A program made the position numbers and the translations under genes. A stretch of 64,000 nucleotides of DNA from Amphiscolops sp. MND2022. Taxonomy: Eukaryota. Positions 58,901 through 64,000 of this stretch are shown here, one piece after another. Below the pieces are notes generated by a model. That model was not told the origin of the DNA and did no database searches. It saw only the letters and a list, made by a program, of their open reading frames with translations. The stretch is from the NCBI GenBank assembly GCA_964187785.1, contig OZ076409.1:71302001-71366000 (forward strand), in the 5' to 3' direction. Each line of letters begins with the position of its first letter. Within the stretch, counting starts at the first letter, position 1.

Positions 58901-61900
58901 AAACGAAATCTATGCTAACGAGAACAAGGATGTTTATGAAGCAGTTGTTCAAAGTTTCATGGGCATGTTTGTACGTATGTGGGAAAGGATGTCTTCTGTT
59001 GTGATGGAGTACATTGAAAAGTCCAGCGAAAGGCCATTGGGAGAGGTATTACGAATTTGGTGGAGATATGAATTTCAGACGAGTCAAGGCAATTTGCCTC
59101 ATATCCACTGCTTACTTTGGGTCAATGAACTGAAATCGTCAGAGTGCTTCCAAAATCGAGTTGTTCTCAAAAAGTGCCAACTGTTGTTCTCTCTTGAAGA
59201 CACCTTTCTACAGACAATAGGCCTTGTTAACGACAGAGACCATGCATTCAGTCTTTATAAAGATGCTGTCAAGATTCATTACCACTCTTGCGCAGCCACA
59301 AATTTCAGATGCCATAAAAGAACAAACGAAAAAGGGCAGAGTTTTTGTCGCTATCCGGTTTACCCAACAAGCGCAGAGTATCATTTGGAAGAAGTGGATG
59401 TCAACCATTCGGAAGAAACTTTTCAAGTTTTGTCACTTTGCGAACTGGCTAAAGAGAAGATTGGTTATGTCGACACGATGTGTGTTACAGAAGAATTGAA
59501 AGCAGGCCAATGGTTCTACCCAAGCCAAAAAAATCAAAATGTAACACCAATGAATCCACATCTTTTTGTCCTCACAGAATCACAGAACAACCTTCTGATT
59601 TGTGACAAGTACCTCTCTGCTCGTTATATAGCGAAATATGCTGCTGGAGCAGAGGAGAAGGCTCAAGTTTCAATAACTGCTGGAAAAAATCAGAATGAGT
59701 TAAACGTTGATGTCGGAAGCATTCAAAACAACAAAATCGCAAGCGTCCAACATCGCTTGAGGAAGGAAGAACAACAGCAGCGGAAAGGATCTTGCCAAGC
59801 AAAGCACATTTGTATCACTGAATGTTATTGGCACCTCTTTGATTTGCCTTTTGTCCGATCATCGTTCTCGAGTATTTGCCTGAACACAAATGAAATGGAA
59901 AACAGACCAGGAGTAAAACTAACTCGTCAAAGAAGACGTCTTGCAACCCAAAGCGAGAACCAGTTTACTTCACCTCTAATCACTGTTCGTGACCAATTCC
60001 CAAACTGGCGACAGTTCACTGAAAGTCAAAAGCGGATCATCCAGCTACACTGTGAAAGCAACATTTCTGTGAGTAACATCACTGCTCACAGTGCGCGACC
60101 TCCGGAATTGTTGTTCATCAAAAATCCTAAACAATATTTTTGGCTTTTTTCACGGGAAACTATTAAGAAACCGACTACGTCTCAGCTTTGCCAACTGCTA
60201 AGATCCAATAAAATGGTTTGGATTGACGGATTCGGGAAACAAATTTTGATTCGAAGAGACCGTGTCCCTCAATTCCTCGACATTTTGCGAACTTCTACTG
60301 AAAGAAGTGCCACGTCTCTCAGAGCTGCCATTGAAACTGAAGCCGACATGGCCTCTTTAACATCAAAAATCACGGACTCCAGAAGCAATGTAGTAGTGTA
60401 CTTTTCAAAAATATATCCTTCTGATGCAGGAAAGTTCTTGATACACCTCCTTCTTTCCCTGGGCGAATTCGAAACCGAATTTGATCTCTTCAACTGTACA
60501 AGTTTATTGGACAGTTTCAAAAAAGCAGGACTCTGGACAGAATGTTCAGTTCGACAAAACATTTTGAAACTGACGAAGAAGTACATTTTAGAAGAGGCTC
60601 AATTTCTGCCGGGCTCTACCAGGATGTTTAACAAAAACGTGGTTCAATGTTTTCAAACACTAACAGAGTTTTTTGAAAATGGATCCATTGATTATGTAGA
60701 GCTACCTCGCGTTCTTTTATCTTCAGTGAAAGCAGCTGTCGACGATAAAGTGGAGGTTTTTCTAAAACAGACACGTGTCAACATTGCCAAAGGGTTGATT
60801 GCCAGCGGCAAAGTGCCGAATTGTCCAAGTGAATTGCAAATTGCCCAAGCTACGACTGCGACTTGTGTTCCTTTCTCTCCCACTCTTGCCACTTTGCCAA
60901 CTCAAACTGCAACCAGCTACGGAAAGCAAAAAACTGTCCTTGATCAATTCATCAATGCCATTGACCAGTATCTGTCAGGTTCAAAAGTTTTTGTGCCGCA
61001 TCACTTCGCTCTGGGAAAGCCAGGAACTGGCAAGTCCACTATCACTCTCGTGGCCACTTGCTATGCAATGTGCAAAGGACTCTGTTGCATGATCACCACA
61101 TTGGCCGGTGAGAAAGCTGCCCAGTTTGGAGGAATGCACCTTCACCGGTTAATTCCCATTCCAGTCAAAACAAGTCTTCCTGTGATGAAGCAAGTAGAAT
61201 CTACCGTTCAACGACTATACCACGACCCACTGAGACTAACGTTTTTGAAGCGATTGGATGTACTGGTAATTGAAGAGGTTGGAATGTTGAACTCTGAGCA
61301 GTGGAGTGTTTTGGACCACACTCTTCGTTTTGTGAACAACTCAAACGTTCCGATGGGTGGTATTTTGGTGTTGGGAAATGGTGACCCGAAACAACTCAGA
61401 CCTCCTTCAGGACCACTGCTTTGGATTTCTCCGATTCTTTATACTAATTTTAAACTGTTTTACCTAGCAGAGTACGTCAGGATGATAGACCCCTTAGGTG
61501 CAAGACTCCTAACTTTACTGGATAGACTTGAGGTCAGTGATGCCGAAGCAGAGGAAATTGTTGATATTCTGTCCAATAACAGTACGTTTGTCGAAAAATG
61601 GTCGGACATTCGAAACGATGAGGCCATTTTGAGAGTTGTACCAACAAAACAAGCGGAAAAGAAATTGGTTAATGAAAAGTACAATCTGATTAGAAGAACA
61701 AACAACAATCATTTAACTTTCAACTCAACCGACGAAGTTTCCAGACGCGGACAAAACCTGTGGTCTAAAACAGAAGACGCCAATTGCATCACACACTTGA
61801 ATCGAAACTGCCTAGAACCGAACTCACTTCTCATATACGAAGGTGCACCGATGAGGATAACTAGAAATATTCAAGACTTACTGGTAACTCAAGGTCAACT

Positions 61901-62810
61901 GTCTGTAATTAGACAAGTTCCAGAAGCAGACTCTACTTCACTTGACTTATTTGTTGCACCACCGTGTGTGCGAAGTTTACCACCTGTACAACCTGATGGA
62001 TCCCGCAATTTTGAACTTTCTGGATGGCGAACCGTGAGTGTAAGAAGAATGGAGGGATTGCCGCAGAATTTTAGACACCATTCATCGCTGCGACGAACAC
62101 AGTTCCCATTAAAACCTTTCCAAGCCTCAACAATACATAAATGTATCGGCGACGATGTCCCTCTGCTGGCAACACAGATAGCCACCACTGATCCCTTTGA
62201 GCGGAAAATGTTTAAGTTATGGGAGAAGAACCAGCTGCTTGTTTTGGTGAGTCGTGTTAAAGAACTCAAAGAACTGACGTTTGTGGGAAGTAAATCCGCA
62301 ACGTTGAAAACAATTAAAGACATTGCAACGTCCACCAGCCAGTGGGACTATTTTGTTCACGAATTCGTGGAAGCATTGTCGCAACAAGACTTGTCAAAAC
62401 CCCTTGCAACGTTTCCTGTCTCCCAACATATTTACTCAATGTCCTGCCAATCCGTTCCACAAGACAATTGCGCTACAGTGTTCTGCCTGATGTCATTGAA
62501 AGACGGAACTATTGCTGTCGCCGCTTGTACTAACATCAGAAAAACACTGCAACAGAAAAATTCATTCGATGTAACTGAAAACACTTTTACTGGCAACAAA
62601 AAACCATGGGCTCTACTGTGTGCTGCCTTTCACCCAGCTGTGTCCGCCTTAGATGACTCTGTGCGAGCGTTGGAGTGCCATTGGAACAATAGTCTTCCAC
62701 ATGACGAAAAACCCGATCCACCGAAAATTGTGCGTCTGTTGCAAGAGACCACATTATCATTCACTTGCTTCTATCAAACTATTAACTTTGTTTCATTTGT
62801 AAACCCATGA
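55902..62810 (+). CDS. Intact Helitron-like Rep-helicase transposase (2302 aa+): Cys-rich N-terminus, HUH Rep, Pif1 helicase, degenerate GIY-YIG-like C-terminus
   Basis: PHYFFTLTCS, YEFQTSQGNLPHIH (HUH), YIAKY, GKPGTGKS, IEEVGM, MGGILVLGNGDPKQLRPP, RTQFPL..ASTIHK, QLLVLVSR; frame stays open upstream to ~55707. Confidence 0.92.
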   Translation: MMHKLKNHLVSMTGETIKTNNTSSIGLSCDKCLRKSTVSHEISVCTYNTSELQIKNRKFGRKLPSTDYINLCAPCLEYTTSDSTTFRTAWPSILCSYWVNEDKDEAIIEKLISFLPCTIIEMFCHSMDKYSQVFKKAIQHTNLLVKDRTSDRTLLLQAKIELKGADLKRNFDRFPLPDVVCPWGCWDFVERCQTLSFEFFLAKIDKDFRFSTNQESLLMGVTSNFPEGYTLLQQFEITPAVIIEEDGHFAFLTCSKHSGETLQYLHPPRNPILSSVSPNKPERLALTQQQLNIVKTGKPKFNSHSSHLIEERGSFTGISSSTLQFPTFLESSTPLNDLSEFVISKGRSDVYPLVDYFLENNIVDQNFADFLFNSTLNLSQNEIAAAISDSTNVSLYDAFKLQMHLNENQNTEELEISFPVYAHNLGKNSEYGCVPPRVFSSGAIAIVFEGLGRFTASFLPSLLKSDIDSLRQLSQKFCNLLFLTGSSRRRIRAAKAKVSIIAENITEQLSDNSSSLNSFFEYLVAGNLTAFKVLSRSFTSLPPTATNSVDGPLFVFAPSRSERDCIIPPDTLTHNSKIYQLVFLSKKFWNAEFYCRHQRINSAWFESFSCLNSFTETSFSNFYDFAAKGTWDVAVYEKQDSSDSQTMLRTFLKSIGGQNNLSCGRHNCLLIQRNPSDTLTCFNTSCRKKAKWVCPKVDCNTGVCKQHSEDLINGSSMCAVTSNKERTVPLFPEEFQNQNDNSLDNVANNEPELQPELDLIFEPDNYLTMSVDTSDQTLPLSSNSGVPFVSYFTEETHTKRVPTKVLLNNYLNVLQRSKVPIWTTNAHKNFLQSIVSRIPNTSAPLLYPEALLFPSIFWKQQEDGSYAGALPSCLLQSDKLNTKLGFATVSKHLWNRLTNGSLLTSSSIGYASFAFDIKMNQELNRSHSNYIVFKRGFEDYLGADEALKLPNCAIKWDGLDSSKRVQEVAAACAEESPHYFFTLTCSMAGQFGVRPLFEAINEIYANENKDVYEAVVQSFMGMFVRMWERMSSVVMEYIEKSSERPLGEVLRIWWRYEFQTSQGNLPHIHCLLWVNELKSSECFQNRVVLKKCQLLFSLEDTFLQTIGLVNDRDHAFSLYKDAVKIHYHSCAATNFRCHKRTNEKGQSFCRYPVYPTSAEYHLEEVDVNHSEETFQVLSLCELAKEKIGYVDTMCVTEELKAGQWFYPSQKNQNVTPMNPHLFVLTESQNNLLICDKYLSARYIAKYAAGAEEKAQVSITAGKNQNELNVDVGSIQNNKIASVQHRLRKEEQQQRKGSCQAKHICITECYWHLFDLPFVRSSFSSICLNTNEMENRPGVKLTRQRRRLATQSENQFTSPLITVRDQFPNWRQFTESQKRIIQLHCESNISVSNITAHSARPPELLFIKNPKQYFWLFSRETIKKPTTSQLCQLLRSNKMVWIDGFGKQILIRRDRVPQFLDILRTSTERSATSLRAAIETEADMASLTSKITDSRSNVVVYFSKIYPSDAGKFLIHLLLSLGEFETEFDLFNCTSLLDSFKKAGLWTECSVRQNILKLTKKYILEEAQFLPGSTRMFNKNVVQCFQTLTEFFENGSIDYVELPRVLLSSVKAAVDDKVEVFLKQTRVNIAKGLIASGKVPNCPSELQIAQATTATCVPFSPTLATLPTQTATSYGKQKTVLDQFINAIDQYLSGSKVFVPHHFALGKPGTGKSTITLVATCYAMCKGLCCMITTLAGEKAAQFGGMHLHRLIPIPVKTSLPVMKQVESTVQRLYHDPLRLTFLKRLDVLVIEEVGMLNSEQWSVLDHTLRFVNNSNVPMGGILVLGNGDPKQLRPPSGPLLWISPILYTNFKLFYLAEYVRMIDPLGARLLTLLDRLEVSDAEAEEIVDILSNNSTFVEKWSDIRNDEAILRVVPTKQAEKKLVNEKYNLIRRTNNNHLTFNSTDEVSRRGQNLWSKTEDANCITHLNRNCLEPNSLLIYEGAPMRITRNIQDLLVTQGQLSVIRQVPEADSTSLDLFVAPPCVRSLPPVQPDGSRNFELSGWRTVSVRRMEGLPQNFRHHSSLRRTQFPLKPFQASTIHKCIGDDVPLLATQIATTDPFERKMFKLWEKNQLLVLVSRVKELKELTFVGSKSATLKTIKDIATSTSQWDYFVHEFVEALSQQDLSKPLATFPVSQHIYSMSCQSVPQDNCATVFCLMSLKDGTIAVAACTNIRKTLQQKNSFDVTENTFTGNKKPWALLCAAFHPAVSALDDSVRALECHWNNSLPHDEKPDPPKIVRLLQETTLSFTCFYQTINFVSFVNP

Positions 62811-63251
62811 ACTTTCTTGTTTCTCTATTTGATTTCCTTGCATGAGTTTGTTGCTGCACAAGTTAGTGCCCCAATGAATAAAGAATAAAAAAACTCTCAG
62901 AAAAAATATGATGACAAAACAATGAAACGGCCGAGAGTTTTAAAAAAAAAACAGAAACTCATCATTATTAGACAAAAATCTGTTAACAGAAACTGTTCTT
63001 TTTTCTACACAAACAAAACGCATCGGATGAAACCGAATTAGCAAAACTGTCTTTCCTGCAAAAATTTTATCCCTTTTTAGATTGTTTTTGAACATCTGTC
63101 GAATTGCCACGAAGAATTCGGACACCTAGCTACGGTAAAATGCACTTCGGGACTGGTGTGAGGTTTGTTACTTGGCACTCGCGAGGATTAGAATGCCTGC
63201 AACTATCCTACGATCAAAAGGTTTCCACAATGTCCTCACTAGAGTCTGTTG

Positions 63252-63298
63252 AACACTGATTGGCTGCCCGCAGCAGCCAATCAGTGTTTTCTGTCTAG
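63252..63298 (+). other. 16-bp perfect hairpin followed by CTAG (Helitron 3'-end-like signal)
   Basis: AACACTGATTGGCTGC-CCGCA-GCAGCCAATCAGTGTT (63252-63288), CTAG at 63295-63298. Confidence 0.55.
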
Positions 63299-63429
63299 CA
63301 TTTTTCAAACTGATACCATGAAGATATTTTCTGCTCTCGTCTTCTCATTGCACTATCGTGTTTTGTGTTATCTGAATCAAAAATTTCCAAATTGCCGTTG
63401 ATTTTCCATTGGTTTCAAATTTAGTCTTT

Positions 63430-64000
63430 GCTCTTTTGTTGGAGTGATTTCGTGGTGCAAGTTGGTCCTTAATTATTATGTGTGAATGATGACATCGCTG
63501 GTTGTCTGGCTCTACATAACACTCAAACTGTAGGGCACTAACAGCTGCCGGCTCACATGTCATCAAATACACAGTTTAATTTCGGACCAGTTTTTACACC
63601 AAAAGAACTCCATCAATTGACGCTAGGCTGTGACTCGATTCGACTCCCAGCATTGTGTCGTTTTCCATGTGATGTTTAGTTGTGTGTTACACTTTGTTCG
63701 GCTGTTGGTTTCTAGTTACAGCTATGCTCTTTTGTTGAAATGATTTCGTGGTGCAAATTGGTCCTAAATTATTATGTGTAAATGATGGCATTGCTGGTTG
63801 TCTGGCTCGACAGAAAACACAAACTGTTGGGCGCTAACAGTGGCCGGCTCACATGTCATCAAATACACAGTATAATTTCGGACCGGTTTCCACACCGGAA
63901 ACATTCTGACAATTGATGCTAGGCTGTCACTCTTGTCGACTCCGAAACTTGTGTTGTTTTGATAAGATCCGTCTTTGTGTGTTACACATTTGTTCGGCTG
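63430..64000 (+). repeat. Tandem repeat, 296-bp period, about 2 copies, runs off the window
   Basis: GCTCTTTTGTTG at 63430 and 63726; GGCTCACATGTCATCAAATACACAG at 63550 and 63846. Confidence 0.9.

Larger units (their letters stand above)
46210..64000 (+). mobile_element. Giant coding Helitron-like cassette 2: type D left arm (to ~47180), foldback, SGNH remnant, Rep-helicase; right junction not in window
   Basis: Starts after CTAG 46206-46209 with a near-identical copy of cassette 12; same order of modules as giant cassette 1. Confidence 0.55.

Noticed and set aside
31541..62533. Short antisense or alternate-frame ORFs overlapping the RepHel genes
   Set aside because: Shadow ORFs of long coding sequences with no independent evidence
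63345..64000. Minus-strand repeat protein in the 296-bp tandem repeat
   Set aside because: Period is not a multiple of three and frames are interrupted

Overview
AT-rich eukaryotic DNA (probably an invertebrate animal; host not identifiable from the sequence) with no recognisable host genes. Almost the whole window is one head-to-tail, same-orientation array of rolling-circle (Helitron/Helentron-like) elements. Thirteen copies of a conserved junction (CCCACCGTC-RGGCATGCCGAGGCATGCCY hairpin-TTCGACGACGTAT, then a hypervariable 29-40 nt segment, then CTAG|GTGG) separate eleven complete 1.3-2.4 kb non-coding cassettes of at least four types (A-D), one partial cassette at the window start and two giant coding cassettes (20529-43551 and 46210 to beyond 64000). 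Each giant cassette carries a ~100-120 bp-arm foldback, an SGNH-hydrolase gene (intact or frameshifted) and a ~2300-2400 aa Cys-rich/HUH-Rep/Pif1-helicase protein with a C-terminal GIY-YIG-like domain (recognisable in copy 1, degenerate in copy 2). Copy 1 also has an unknown 411-aa ORF and a candidate HDV-like ribozyme near its right end. Smaller passengers: a TA-flanked MITE, an RTE 3' fragment, micro/minisatellites and a degenerate TTAGG tract. The main hypothesis is a self-targeting, cassette-stacking rolling-circle transposon system; this is inferred from architecture only.
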